Assembly (NCBI GenBank): GCA_963707985.1
Contig: CAVPRW010000011.1
Location: forward strand, 64,001 to 128,000
DNA from: an uncultured Nitrospinota bacterium
Lineage (GTDB): Bacteria > Tectomicrobia > Entotheonellia > J063 > CAVPRW01
Length of the DNA stretch: 64,000 nucleotides
Direction of reading: 5' to 3'
Shown here: positions 33,205-46,006 of the stretch, piece after piece
Position numbering within the stretch: position 1 is the first letter of the stretch
Layout: each line of letters begins with the position of its first letter
Translations under genes and position numbers: made by a program
Notes under the pieces: generated by a model
Told to the model about the DNA's origin: nothing
Database searches by the model: none
Seen by the model: only the letters and a program-made list of their open reading frames with translations

Positions 33205-34797
33205 TCATGTCGACAACTGGACATCCTCATAAGGTGCGGAGTAGGCGATCGACTTCGCATTCAGCCCTGAGACCGCCACGCGCGGACCCACGGCGCACAA
33301 CAACGTTGGCTCCCAGATGGGCATGAAGCGTGCCTCGTCGTAGGCCTTCTGCTGAATCTTCTTGAGCAGAGCCGCGCGTTTCTCAGGGTCGCGCTCGGAG
33401 CTCTGCTGCCGGTACCACTCGTCGATTTCGGGGTCTTGCAGGAACGACTGGGACCCCCTGCTGTAGAAGAAGGCTTCAATGCGGGTCGCGGCACTGCCAG
33501 AGGCGGCACTGGCATGGCGCGTCAAGCCTTTGAGGGTCTTCTCTCGCTGTGCCGCCTGTATCGCTGCGCGCTCCATAGGGCGCACTTTTGTCCGGATACC
33601 CACGGCCGCCAGGTCGTTGGCGACAGCTTCGACGACGCTGGCATAGGCCAAGTCTGTGCTGCATTCACCGGCGTCGAAGCCATCGAGGTAGCCGGCCGCT
33701 GTGAGTAGTCGGCGGGCTTGACCGGGGTTGTAGCCATAGGGCTCCAGAGGCAAGGCAAACTCAAACCGACGCGGGATAATCCCCCCGGTGAGCAAGGCAT
33801 AGCCGAGCATCTCGGCGTCGTTGATGGCCGGCCGGTTGATCGCGTAGTTCGCCGCCAGGCGCACCCGTATATCGGCCCAAGGCGACTGGAGGTTATACTG
33901 GTCCAGGAAAGCCATCCAATGTGTGGCCCCACCGAGTGCCGATTCGAGCTTCAGCTTGGGATCCAGGCGGACCTCTTCGGCCAGGGGGCCCAATAACCCA
34001 TAGGCGACATCGGCTTCCCCTGTTTTGACCATTGCCAGGCGCGTGGTCGCGTCGGGCACACTCTTGAACACCAGGCGCTTCACATGTGGGACCTGGCGCC
34101 AGTAGTCCGGGTATGCTTCCAGCACCAGCTCGACACCCGGTTGGTGGGCGATCAGCCGATAAGGCCCGAGGCCAACAGGTTGGTTTTTGAAGGCCTCGTC
34201 ACCGATTGTCTCAACATATCTCCTGGGGACAATCCAGCCCGCGCCGGTCGCGTTCGTGCCGTAAAAGGTCATAAAGTCCGACCAGGGCTCATGCAGGCGA
34301 AAGCGCACATGGTGTGCGTTGACGATCTCCACGGACTGCACCCGCTTTTTCAGGTCTGCGCTGACAGCGCCCTTGTAGCGCTCGAAGCTGAACCGCACAT
34401 CCTCAGCGGTAAACGGATCGCCGTTGTGAAATTTCACGCCCTGACGTAACTCAAAATCATACGTCAAGCCGTCCTCGCTCTCCCTCCACGCGGTGGCGAG
34501 ACTGGGAAACATGGGATCGTCGGGCATCGGTTTCAGCAAGGCATCATGGATGGCATACAGCACCATGTAAGGCGTGACCAGCGCCTGCGTCTCTGCAGGG
34601 TCAAACCAGGAGGGGACGATTGTGGTGTGGATAGCCCAGGTCATCTGTCCGCTGGGCGCCTTTTGCTGCGCCGATGCGCTCCGGCGTTGCGGCCAACCTT
34701 GGTACCAGGCCACCAGGCCTGCGGCACCTCCGAGGGCGCTCCGCAGTAGGTGGCGGCGCGTCATGCCTGTGGCTAGCAGTGGATGATCATGTGTCAT
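33205..34797 (-). CDS. ABC transporter substrate-binding protein, family 5 (Tat signal)
   Basis: TRRHLL, LRQGVKFHNG.PFTAEDV, GLGPY and RVRLA.NYAI motifs. Confidence 0.9.
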   Translation of the reverse strand: MTHDHPLLATGMTRRHLLRSALGGAAGLVAWYQGWPQRRSASAQQKAPSGQMTWAIHTTIVPSWFDPAETQALVTPYMVLYAIHDALLKPMPDDPMFPSLATAWRESEDGLTYDFELRQGVKFHNGDPFTAEDVRFSFERYKGAVSADLKKRVQSVEIVNAHHVRFRLHEPWSDFMTFYGTNATGAGWIVPRRYVETIGDEAFKNQPVGLGPYRLIAHQPGVELVLEAYPDYWRQVPHVKRLVFKSVPDATTRLAMVKTGEADVAYGLLGPLAEEVRLDPKLKLESALGGATHWMAFLDQYNLQSPWADIRVRLAANYAINRPAINDAEMLGYALLTGGIIPRRFEFALPLEPYGYNPGQARRLLTAAGYLDGFDAGECSTDLAYASVVEAVANDLAAVGIRTKVRPMERAAIQAAQREKTLKGLTRHASAASGSAATRIEAFFYSRGSQSFLQDPEIDEWYRQQSSERDPEKRAALLKKIQQKAYDEARFMPIWEPTLLCAVGPRVAVSGLNAKSIAYSAPYEDVQLST

Positions 34798-35218
34798 ACG
34801 GGCCCTCCTATGGGTCGATCTGCAGTGCCGAGTGCACTTCTCTGCTCTCCACCCCAGCCATTTCGACCTTCGGCCCAGCAGAGCGTTTGATTGGCCGAGC
34901 GCCAGGCAGAGATCGCGAATCGGTATCGGCTCGCAACCGACGAACGCTATCAATGAGGTTAATATAGGCCTCGGCGCAGCATGAGACGTAAGGCGTGGAT
35001 GAGGATTTCCTGAGGACCGCGTGAGCATTTTCTTGCCCATGAGAGCAGGCAGGGACAACCTTGACTAGACTTTGTGCAGCGAGCTTCGCTACTATAGCGT
35101 GACGATTCAGGTATCGATTTTCCCTGCAGGACGACCCATCCCCCAGCTGGGAGTGGGATACACGTGCAAACCGTGTGGCGGTGGCATCCCGACACTTGAT
35201 GCCGCGAGGGCCGCGCCG

Positions 35219-38200
35219 ATGATCTACCGCTTTGGCGACTACGAACTCGACACCCAACTCTTCGAGCTCCGCTGCGGCGGCCTACCGCTGCCACTTGAAC
35301 CGAAAGTGTTTGATTTGCTCGCCCACCTGATCCGCTATCGCGATCGCGTCGTGACCAAACCAGAGCTCTTGACCCTGCTCTGGCCGCAGCCAGTCCGTGA
35401 GCGATGCCGCGCTGAGCTACTGCGTCATGGCGGCGCGCAAAGCCGTCGGTGACAGCGGACATAGACAGCAGATCATCAAGACCCTGCATGAGCGCGGCTA
35501 TCGTTTCGTCGCCGCGGTGGATGAGTGCCTCGAGCACAACACGAGGGATACTGGTGGCGTGGCGGACTCGTCGCGAAAAGGTGCTGGATCCGAGTCGCAG
35601 GCTGCCGACAGTCCTCTCGCTCTTGGGAGAAACGTCGCCGAAAGCCATGGATCCGAGTCGTCTGAGGACGAAGCCTGGGAGCCGAAGCTCGTCACAGTGT
35701 TGACGATCGATGCAGCCTGGCCATCTGTGACCCAGTGTGATCCCCTACCCGAGGTACCCTGGACAATTGTCAGGCGATGGCAACAAACCGTAGGCGAAAA
35801 GGTCCAGGAGTTCGGAGGACTGATTGTTCAGCAGGCGGCAGCGCCACTCATCGCCATATTTGGCATTCCACAGACCATTGAACAGATGCCGCAGCGTGCC
35901 GTGCAGGCCGCTCTTGGGCTCCGACAGTTGGTGGGAAACGGCCGTCTGCGTGACGCTGAAAGCCCAGGTCCGGAGATGCGCATGGCTATCCATACGGGCC
36001 ACGTGCTGGTGGATGTCCGCGCGAGCGATCCCAGCGAAGCACTGCTCACGATCGGAGATACGCTGTCACGAGCGGTGCGCTTGCTCGGACATGCCGCACC
36101 GGGGGAGATCATACTGTCGCCCCAGGTTACGGGCTTGGTCGAGGGCTGGTTCGAGCTGCGCACATTAGAAGGACTGACAGAAACGGGCGGCTCTGACACC
36201 ATTGGGGCCTCCGCCGTGGTCGGGTTGCGACCGAGACGCTCAGCGCTGGAGGTCTACGGGAAACGACCTCTGAGTCGCTTCGTGGGACGGGTGCGGGAAT
36301 TGGCAGAACTGCACCACCGCTTCAGCCAGGTAGAAAAAGGCCGGGGCAACATCGTCGGCATCGTCGGAGAGCCAGGTGTGGGCAAATCCCGACTGTGCTA
36401 TGAGGTATCCATACGGCAGCGTGCGCGTCGCTGGCTCGTCCTCGAAACCAGCCCCGTCGCCTACGGCAAGGGGATCCCCTACCTCCCGGTCGTCGACCTG
36501 CTCAAAACCTACTTCCGGCTTGACCCCGGCGACACGTCACGGACCATACACGGACAAGGTCATGACCAGGCTTCAGTCGCTGGATGAGGGGCTCCGGTCC
36601 ATCGCGCCGCCCTTGTGCGCGCTCCTGGACCTGCCGGTGGAGGATGCCTCCTGGCAGACCCTCGACCCATCGCACCGCCGCCAGTTCACTCTGGACGCCC
36701 TCAAGAGCCTGCTGGTGCGAGAGAGCCAGGTGCAGCCTGTGCTCCTCATCGTCGAAAATCTGCATTGGATCGATACCGAGACCCAGGCGTTTCTGGATGG
36801 CCTGGTGAACAGCTTGCCGACCGCCCATCTCTTGCTTCTGGTGAATTACCGTCCCGAATACCAGCATAGCTGGGGCATGAAGCCCCACTATACTCCCCTG
36901 CGGCTCGACCCCCTGGGGCCAGAGCGCGCCGCTGAATTGCTGCGCTTCCTCATCGGGGAAGATGCCACCCTGGCGTCGCTCAGTCAGCACCTGATCGAGA
37001 AAACAGAGGGCAATCCCTTCTTTCTGGAGGAAAGCGTTCGCACCCTGGTCGAGGCTCAGGTCCTGGTAGGGACACCTGGGTCCTATCGCCTGACGCCACA
37101 TACGGGGTCGGCCGCCCATGGCCGCCGTGGGGCGGGGAACTATCAGGGGTTGCCCCTGCCGATAGACATGCAAGTACCCGCCACCGTGCAGGCGGTGCTC
37201 GCGGCCCGCATCGACGCATTGGCGACCGAGGACAAGCGCCTCCTCCAGATGGCCGCGGTGATCGGCGTCGAGGTGCCCTTTCCGCTACTACGTGCCCTTG
37301 CCGAACAGAATGACGAACAACTCCGGACGAGCCTGTCGCGCCTGCAAGGGGCCGAGTTCCTGTATGAGACAAGTCTCTTTCCAGAGCTGACCTACACCTT
37401 CAAGCATGCCCTCACCCACGAGGTAGCCTACGGCACGCTGGTCCACGAGCGGAGGCGGACCCTGCATGCCCGCATCGTCGAGATCCTGGAGAGCCAGGCG
37501 GAGGGCCGACAGCACGAGCAGGTCGAACGTCTGGCTCACCATGCCTTACGGGGCCAGGCCTGGGAGAAGGTCGTGTACTATGCACACCGGGCCGGCACAC
37601 GGGCGGGCGAGCGCTCCGCCTACGGCCCGGCGGGAGCATTCTTCGACCAGGCACTGGACGCCCTGGAGCATCTGCCCGAAAGCCATGAGACCAGGGCGCA
37701 GGCCTTCGATCTCTACAAGGCCCGCCAGCAAATGCACGCGGCACGCAGGGAACTCGAGCCGCTCCTGGCGTGTAGCGAGAAGCTATTGTCGCTGGCCGAG
37801 TCCCTGGGGGATCAATACCGATTGGCCCTGGCGCTCACCTCCCTGGGCAATGCCTGGTCGCAGATGGGTGACAATGTCCGAGGCCTTGAGTTCACCGAGC
37901 GCGGGCTGGCACTTGCCGAGACGGTTGGCGCGGTGGATTTGCTGGTCCAGCTACGCGTTGATATGGGGATGCTCTGCCGAGCCATCGGGGACTACCGCCG
38001 CGGGGTCACGGTGCTCAGACAGGCTGTGAAGCTGCTGCGGGGTGATCTGGCCCGCGAGCGTCTGGGCCGGCCGCTCTATCCGGCGGTGACTGCTGGCTGG
38101 CATCTGGCGACCTGCCTGAGTGCGCTCGGCGACTTCCGCCAGGCCTTCAGGGCCGCTGAGGAAGGTCTTCACGTCGCCAAAACCCTCCAGCAACCGGGTA

Positions 38201-38868
38201 ATCTCCTCTTTGCCCATTTGAGTTACTGTGAACCCCTCCTCCAGCAGGGTCAGTTCCATAACGCCGTATCATGGCTTGAGCGCGCCATGGCGCTGCATAC
38301 GTCGGACCAAAGTGCCTGGTACCCTATGACGGCTGGTGCGCTGGGCTTTGCGTATGCCATGACGGGGCGATTGGCAGAGGCCCTGCCACTCCTTGAGCAG
38401 GCGGTGGAACGTGCTCAGCGTGTCGATCGGCGCCGGGAGACGCAGTGGCGGGCCTACCTGAGCGCCGCCTACCTCCGGGCCGGCCGATTCCATGATGCAC
38501 ACGCCATGGCCGAGCAGTTGCTGGCGCTCGGCCGTGAGCGGAGTGAGCGCAGCACCGAGGCCAGAGGTCGTCATCTCCTCGGTGAGATTGCGATGCACTG
38601 CGACCCCCTGCCTGCGAAGGAAGCTGAAGCTCACTACCGGCAAGCCCTCGCCGTGGCCGAGGAGCTCGGCATGCGCCCGCTGCAGGCACATTGCCATCAT
38701 GGCCTCGGGAGCCACTATGCGAAGAGTGGCCAGCAAGCGCAGGCGCGGGTCACGCTCTCCACCGCTATCGGACTCTACCGCGCCATGGATATGATTTTCT
38801 GGTTGCCCCAGGCAGAGGCCACGCTGGCGCTGATCGGAGGGGAAAAGGGGACGGTGGGCTCGTTATGA
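35219..38868 (+). CDS. wHTH - cyclase-like - STAND NTPase - TPR regulator (frameshifts near 35390 and 36550)
   Basis: MIYRFGDYELD/LEPKVFDLL, FVGR..EL, GEPGVGKS, ENLHWID, GNPFFLEE, FKHALT, C-terminal TPRs. Confidence 0.85.
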
Positions 38869-39013
38869 CTTTGTGACGCTTATACGGTTATCATGTTCCT
38901 GTGGATGTAGCAGTGCTATGGCGTATTCACGAGCATGCGGGAGGGGAGGCCATGGTGAAAAGATGCCATGGAAGCTGTACCATAATCTTCTTGTGGCACC
39001 GAAGGGCGACCTC

Positions 39014-39358
39014 ATGCAAAGTCCTGGCAGACGCTGGATGATTCAAGACCGTGATGGTCATCCAATTTATCTAACAGAAGAGCGATGGCACCATATCATT
39101 GAGGCCAACAACCACCCAGAGATGGCAGACTACGAGGACTATCTAAAGCAGACTATTCAGGGCGGTCGCCGACGTCAGGAGCCACTTAACCCGCGCAGGT
39201 ATCGTTACGCCCTGCCATTCGACGAGTTGCCAGCTGGGTTCAACCATGTTGTGGGCATTGTCCTTTTTGGTTTTGATGTCAATGCTCAGGGTGAGACCGT
39301 ACCGAACAACTTTATTGCCACGGCTTTTCTGAAGCACATGCGTCCGAGAGGTGGTTAA
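39014..39358 (+). CDS. Putative toxin/nuclease of a TA pair
   Basis: IYLTEERWHHI...HPEM motif; directly upstream of a DUF2283-like gene. Confidence 0.65.
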   Translation: MQSPGRRWMIQDRDGHPIYLTEERWHHIIEANNHPEMADYEDYLKQTIQGGRRRQEPLNPRRYRYALPFDELPAGFNHVVGIVLFGFDVNAQGETVPNNFIATAFLKHMRPRGG

Positions 39359-39360
39359 AA

Positions 39361-39738
39361 ATGACACCCATGCCGTCCTACTCGTATGACAAGGAAGCGG
39401 ATGTCTTGTACATTTCTTTTGCCTCTGGTGAGAAACCCACGGCAGCCGTGGAATTGAACGAGAATATCCTCCTGCGCTTTAACCTCGCTGAAAAGCGTGC
39501 CATTGGCTTGACACTGATGGATTTTTCGATATTGGTGCAGATGACGCAGCTGGGGCCACGCAGCTTCCCCTTGACTGGTTTAAAAGACCTCGAGCCGGAA
39601 TGGCGAGAGGCTGTGATCGAACTCATCACACGGCCACCAATCAATCAAATCCTCCATGTTTCTAATTATATGCCATCGATAACTGAGGAGATCCCCATCA
39701 CATCGGTCGAAAAGCCGCCTATTCCGATTACCGTATGA
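39361..39738 (+). CDS. DUF2283-like protein (putative antitoxin)
   Basis: YDKEADVLYISF...IGLT motif. Confidence 0.8.
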   Translation: MTPMPSYSYDKEADVLYISFASGEKPTAAVELNENILLRFNLAEKRAIGLTLMDFSILVQMTQLGPRSFPLTGLKDLEPEWREAVIELITRPPINQILHVSNYMPSITEEIPITSVEKPPIPITV

Positions 39739-40103
39739 CGACAATACCCTTAGTGGCCAATGCGCACTCGCCCTACCATCGTACGGGAATTTGTCGATCT
39801 CACTGTGGTGCAGAAGAACCAGCGGCTTGGATCTAATCTGCGTCTTATGTGGATACTTCGCACCTGGCACGGCATCGAATTGAATGGGTTTGACGCTCTG
39901 GGGTCTATCACTGCCCTTCAGGTCATAGCGTTTCATCAGTGACGCCGAAACTCAGATACATCTGCCATCCCCTGAGTGGCTATGCCGCTCAGCCATTCGG
40001 GTTATGCAACAAACATCGAAAGTATGCACAGGCAGCATGAGGGACAGCATACCGTGGGGGTGCTTCTTGTTGTGGTTTAATCGGAAAGAGGCCGTTCGAA
40101 CAC

Positions 40104-43100
40104 ATGCGTTTCCTATCTGCGGGCCCTTCAATACCTGACGAGTTACTGATCGCGCGAGACGAGGGCAGAGTTGTGTTCTTTTGTGGTGCCGGAGTTTCCC
40201 GTGCACGTGCAGGGCTGTCCGACTTTTTTGGATTGGCTCAACGCGTCATTGACACCTTGGGAGTGACGGCCGACTCTCCCGCTTGGAAGATCATCGAGGA
40301 GGCGCGCGATATAGAGTTCAGAATGGGCGTGAGCGGGCTTATTTCTGCCGATCGAGTGTTCGGGATCCTCGAACGTGATTTTCTAGTTAGAGACATCGAA
40401 GGCGCTGTCGCGAAGGCCCTGAAGCCGAGCCCGGCGGCCGACCTTTCAGCACACCGGATGATGCTTGATTTGGCGAGGGATCCATACGAGAAAGTTCGAT
40501 TAGTCACGACCAATTTCGATTGTCTCTTTGAGGCCTGCGATAGCACTCTCAAAAGTTGGCAACCCCCTCGATTGCCTGACCCCCAACGTTATGAAGAGTT
40601 TGAAGGAGTTATTCATCTTCACGGTCGCGCGAATGAAAGTTACACCGGAGCTGAAGGAGATGGTTTCGTCCTTTCCAGTTCGGAATTCGGTCGTGCCAAT
40701 CTTTCCGATGGATGGGCTACGCAATTCATACGATCGATCTTAGACAAATACGTCGTCGTATTCGTCGGATATACCGCCGATGATCCGCCCGTGCAGTATT
40801 TGCTTGAGGCATTACATCGCAGTCTAGGCTCACGTGGTGGAGTGTATGCATTGCAGGCTGGCTTGATAAGCGATGCCCAAGCGCGATGGCTTCACAAAGG
40901 CGTTCAGCCTATCGCCTACGAAGAGGCCGAAGGCCATAAAGCATTATGGGAGACGTTGGCGGCATGGGCCGTGAGAGCAAGAGACCCCGGAGCATGGTAC
41001 GAACGCACCATCGCCCTGGCTCGGAAAGGTCCGGAATCGCTGTTCCCCCACGAACGAGGGCAGGTCGCTCACGTCGTCTCTACGCGTGAAGGCATGCGAA
41101 TATTCTCTGCTTCAGATGATCCGCCTCCGGCAGAGTGGCTGTGCGTCCTCGACCCGCTCATCCGATATTCCAAACCAGGCCGTCTGGGTGGTTTCGGTGA
41201 AGAAGGGCACTACTTCGACCCATTTGATGCCTATGGCCTGGACAGCGATCCCAGTCCACCCCCAATAGCATTGGATGACCCTTACATGGAGAGAAAGCTT
41301 CCCGACAACGTATGGGATTGTTTTGCATCGACTCGACTCGATCGTCAAAACCTGCGTGACCAACATTTTTCGGCCTTGAGGGGTCCTTGGGCTGTGAATA
41401 TGCCGAGTCTGCCAGCTCGTCTACAGCAGCTAGGCGTTTGCATACAGAAGGTGTCCGATCAGCCCGCGGCTGTGTGGTGGGCGTCCGGTCAGATTAGTCT
41501 TCACCCCGATGTTCAAGCTCAGATTCGGTTTGGATTGGAGCGGTCCAAGAAGAGAGGCTCGCCCGAGATCAGAAAAGCCTGGCGCTACCTTTTCGAAGCG
41601 TGGGAAACGCTAAAGCCCGATGTCAATCGGGGCTGGTTCCAACTGAAAGCGTCAATTGATTTCGATGGTTGGACAAATGCAGCAGTCAGAAGACTTGCTT
41701 CAATATATCGGCCTTATCTCACGGTGGAGCGCCCATTTGGCAGAAGACCAAAACCTCCAGAAATTAGGGACAATGTTTCCCTCAGAGAAATGGTGCAACT
41801 TGACGTGAAGTATCCAGACCTAAACGGCGACGTTCAACTTCCTGATGAATATGTCGCAAGCGCTGTGCGCGAATTTCGCAAGAATCTGGAACACGCGGTG
41901 TCCCTGGAGAAAGAACTCGGCAGGTATGGATTGCAGAACCTCTGCCCGATCGAGCCGGACCCAGATTTAGAAGGTGAATTTTCTGTGCGCGGATATGGTA
42001 TTTCACCCCCTTTCCTGTCCTATGTACGTCTTTTCAAGACGCTCATTGCCAAAGATCCCGAAGCTGCACGACAGGAATACTTGGCATGGCGAATCGACGA
42101 TGAGACGCTCTTTGCGCGCTTGAGAATATGGGCATGTGTAGAGCCGCGGATCGTCTCTGCCGCCGAGGCCGGACGTCTCATACGCCGTCTGAATGATCGC
42201 ATCTTTTGGGATACCGGCCATCAAAGGGATTTATTGCTTGTTCTGGCGAAACGCTGGTCCGATTTCTCACCAGCCGTGCAAAAGCAACTTGGACGAAAGT
42301 TATTGGATGGGCCACCCCCTTGGGAGGGAGAAAAAGGTGCTGAGCATACACAGCGCCGTGCCGGGTCATCGCTCAATCGAATCCACTGGTTGAGCTCTCA
42401 TGGCTGCGACTTCGATTTCGACATCAACATGGAAAGCGCCAGGCTTCGCGCGCTCGCGCCTCAATGGCAGCCGCAATACGCAGAGCATGCGGCCGCCTCC
42501 ATGGAAGCTCGTAGCGGTGCGGTTGAAACGGACATAGACCATGCGGCCCTCCTCGCGGTACCTTTAGCCGACGTCCTCAGCAGGGCTGCGGAGCTGAGCG
42601 GTCGCACGCATGGATGGTTTGTTGAAAGAAATCCCTTTGCAGGGTTAGCATCACAACGCCCGGTCCATGCCTTCGCCGCTCTCACCAATGCCGCCAAGCG
42701 TAATGGTTATCCGGAGTGGGCGTGGAGAACCTTTTTGAATGCAGAAGCCCGAAAGTCGGATAAACCCAGGTTCTCCGCGCTCATCGCTGAACGGATTTCG
42801 AGGTTGCCCCCAGACACATTGGCCGAAATCATGTTTCCAGTCTCCGAATGGCTGCTAGCTTCGAGCGCAGGCCTTCTGCAGGAATTTCCAACGTCATTTG
42901 AGCATGTGTGGGCAAAGGTGATTCCAGTACTGAGGTCTAGCCCCGAGTGTGCAAAGTCGTCCGGCTACCGCCGTAACAACGAACCAGATTGGGCCACCGA
43001 AGCTCTAAATTTGCCGGTTGGAAAGCTTGCAGAGGCTTTGATGAAAGACCCTCGAAAGAATAGTTTGGAGGCCGGAAAGGGGTTCCCGCTTCCCTGGCTA

Positions 43101-43944
43101 AGGCGGGTGGACGAGCTGCTTTCATTGGAAGGAGATCTTCGCCGCCACGCGCTTGTCATGTTTGCATTCAACCTGAATTGGTTTTTTGCAGTCGATCCTG
43201 GTTGGACTCAAAAACAAATCATAGCTGTATTGGATGAAGAGGGGGATGATCAGAGTGCCGTATGGGCAGGCTTTTTCTGGGCTTCTCAGTTCCCCCCCAG
43301 CTGGCCACTCTACCTGGCGCTCAAGCCTCGATTGCTGAGACTCGACAACACGCCAATCTATGATCCAACGTCGTCATACCGAAGTTTTGGCGGCTCTGCT
43401 TCTATTCGGTTGGGGAAGTATGGATAGCACTACGGGAGAACGATATGTGACGGATGCGGAGATGCGAGCCGCTCTAGTCAACGCAGATGACGCCTTCCGG
43501 TCACGGACACTATGGCAACTGAAGCAGGGGTCCTCAAAAGAGCACGAGGGGGACGGACACTGGAAGGCAAGAGTGCCCGTGTTTCTCTCCGCAGTGTGGC
43601 CGCGGCAGATCAAAGCCAAGAGCCCGAGGATCACTGGGAGACTTTTGGATTTGGCATTCTCAGATGTGACCACCTTCGCAGAAATCGCCGACATCATTTT
43701 GCCTTTAGTCACGGAGAGTGATCGGGGACATCTTTGGCTATCTAATCGGATGAAATCAGAAGGCAACGTGATTGATAAATTCCCAGCGAAGGTGTTGATG
43801 CTCCTATATGCTATTTTACCCGAAAATGTAGAAGTATGGCCCTATGACATTGAGGACGTGCTTGAAAGAATAGGGAGTGCGGATCTCTCTTTAGTAAAGG
43901 ATCCGCGCCTCGTCGAATTGAAGCGTCGTTGGAATGCACGATGA
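40104..43944 (+). CDS. Defence-associated sirtuin, Dsr1-like (SIR2 domain plus large C-terminus; frameshift near 43355)
   Basis: GPSIPDELL..RDEGRVVFFCGAGVS, VTTNFD, HLHG and FVGYTADDPPVQYLL motifs. Confidence 0.8.
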
Positions 43945-43994
43945 TCATGAATGTTAAATAGTCATATTTACTGGTAATTCAGGGGAGAAAGGCT

Positions 43995-44954
43995 ATGGCA
44001 CACACCACACACGCACCTCAACAGACGTCCTCTGCCGTTGATGCAGAGCTAGCCGGCCCAGGATTTGACGCCCCCTGGCGCTGGCCTGAAGAGCGCTGGC
44101 GTCGGGCCGTGAACAGAGTGCGTGCCGGTCGGTCCCTGACGCCTGCGGCATGGCCGCATGGGAACCAAGTGGCAGTGGCACTATCATTTGACGTCGACCA
44201 GGAGACCGGCAGCCTGCGCGACGGTAGGACCTCTCCGGCGTTGCTGGCACAGGGTGAGTACGGCTCTCGCGCTGGTGTGCCGCGCATCTTGAAGCTTCTG
44301 GACCGCTATGCTATTCCGGCAAGCTTCTATATCCCGGCCGTGTCGGCCCTGCTGCATCCGGATGACGTGCGCCACATCGCTGAGGCGGGCCATGAAGTGG
44401 GGCTGCATGGCTGGATTCATGAGCGCAATAGCAGTCTCCCGGAAGCCGACGAGCGCGAACTCACGCACCGCGCCGCTGCGGTGCTGGAGGAGCTCGCCGG
44501 CAAGCCACCGGTGGGACTGCGCACGGCGTCCTGGGATTTCAGCGAAGCGACGCTCAAAATCATCCGCGACATGCATTTGCTCTATGACTCCTCCCTGATG
44601 GGCGATGATGAGCCCTACGAGCTTCTGGAAGAGGGGGAGCCCACGGGCATCGTGGAGCTGCCGGTGGAATGGATCAAAGATGATTACCCGTACTTCAGCA
44701 TGGACCGTCTGTCAAACATCCGGCCGCATACCGCGCCGTCATTGGTGGGCGAGATCTGGCGGCGCGAGTTCGACGGCGCCTACGCCGAAGGGGGGCTATT
44801 TCTGCTCACCATGCACCCCCATATCATCGGCCATCGCTCGCGCCTGAGCGTCCTGGAGGAGCTGATCCAACACATCCGCTCCCGTGCCGGGGTCTGGTTC
44901 GCCACGCACGAGGATATCGCTCGCTACGTGAAAGTCCAGGCCTGTATGGATTGA
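43995..44954 (+). CDS. Polysaccharide deacetylase-family (PuuE/HpPgdA-like) hydrolase
   Basis: SFDVD, HEVGLHGWIH, YDSS and TMHPH motifs. Confidence 0.88.
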   Translation: MAHTTHAPQQTSSAVDAELAGPGFDAPWRWPEERWRRAVNRVRAGRSLTPAAWPHGNQVAVALSFDVDQETGSLRDGRTSPALLAQGEYGSRAGVPRILKLLDRYAIPASFYIPAVSALLHPDDVRHIAEAGHEVGLHGWIHERNSSLPEADERELTHRAAAVLEELAGKPPVGLRTASWDFSEATLKIIRDMHLLYDSSLMGDDEPYELLEEGEPTGIVELPVEWIKDDYPYFSMDRLSNIRPHTAPSLVGEIWRREFDGAYAEGGLFLLTMHPHIIGHRSRLSVLEELIQHIRSRAGVWFATHEDIARYVKVQACMD

Positions 44955-45104
44955 AGGCCGTAAGAGCGACATCGATCGCATCGCTTGAATTTCATCGCCC
45001 GATGCCCCATACTCGTCGTCGCCGCGTGTCTTCACGACGAGATGTCCTGTGAACGTCTGCTCCGTGCTGCAGGTTGGAATCAACCATGACAGGGAGGACC
45101 ACAC

Positions 45105-45827
45105 ATGCCGATCTTCAAGCGGGACGATGTCGAGCTGTACTACGAAGAGCATGGCTCGGGGTTCCCCATTTTGCTCATCGCGCCGGGAGGAATGCGCTCG
45201 GCAGCAACGTTCTGGGAACGAACCCCATGGAATCCCATTGAGCAGCTGGCGCCGAACTATCGCGTGGTGGCGATGGATCAACGCAATGCCGGCCGCTCGG
45301 TGGCCCCTATTCGCGCCACAGATAGTTGGCATGTATACACGGCAGATCATCTGGCGTTACTGGATTACCTGGGGATAGATCGTTGCCACGTCGCTGGCAT
45401 GTGCATCGGTGGTCCATACATCATGGGCCTGATTCAGACGGCACCGCAGCGCATTGCCTCGGCGGTGATCTTTCAGACCATCGGCCTGGACAACAATCGC
45501 CAGGCGTTTTACGAGATGTTTGACACCTGGGCCCAAGACCTGAAGCCGCGGCGCCCGGAGGTGAGCGAGGAGGCGTGGGAGTCGTTCAAACACGCCATGT
45601 ACGATGGCGAGTTCCTCTTCAACGTCTCCCGTGAGTTTGTCTCTCACTGTCAAACGCCGATGTTGGTGTTGCTGGGTAACGATCTGCACCACCCGCAAGC
45701 CACGTCGCGAGAGTTGGCCGCACTGGCACCGAACGCCACCCTCATCGAACACTGGAAAGAGCCCGAGTACCACACGGCGGCGAAACAAGCCGTCGAGACC
45801 TTTTTAGCCCAGCACACACCGCGTTAA
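45105..45827 (+). CDS. Alpha/beta hydrolase with Cys at the nucleophile elbow
   Basis: G.G.PILL, DQRNAGRS and GMCIGG motifs. Confidence 0.85.
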   Translation: MPIFKRDDVELYYEEHGSGFPILLIAPGGMRSAATFWERTPWNPIEQLAPNYRVVAMDQRNAGRSVAPIRATDSWHVYTADHLALLDYLGIDRCHVAGMCIGGPYIMGLIQTAPQRIASAVIFQTIGLDNNRQAFYEMFDTWAQDLKPRRPEVSEEAWESFKHAMYDGEFLFNVSREFVSHCQTPMLVLLGNDLHHPQATSRELAALAPNATLIEHWKEPEYHTAAKQAVETFLAQHTPR

Positions 45828-46006
45828 GGTCGCGCGCGCCTTATCCCCGGACCGCATCTCGCCGCAGACCCATGCGGGCATTCGTCGGTGAGGGGGAGCT
45901 ATCGCGGCGTCTCTCCCCCCTGTCCTGCCTTGCTCCCATTCACCACAGGCGAGATAGCAGACAGCAGCGGGGGTGGACGTGTCGCCGACCTTCTTGCAGG
46001 ATGGAA

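Noticed and set aside
39740..39940. Short ORFs between the DUF2283-like gene and the sirtuin
   Set aside because: Possibly a gene fragment, but no family could be assigned.
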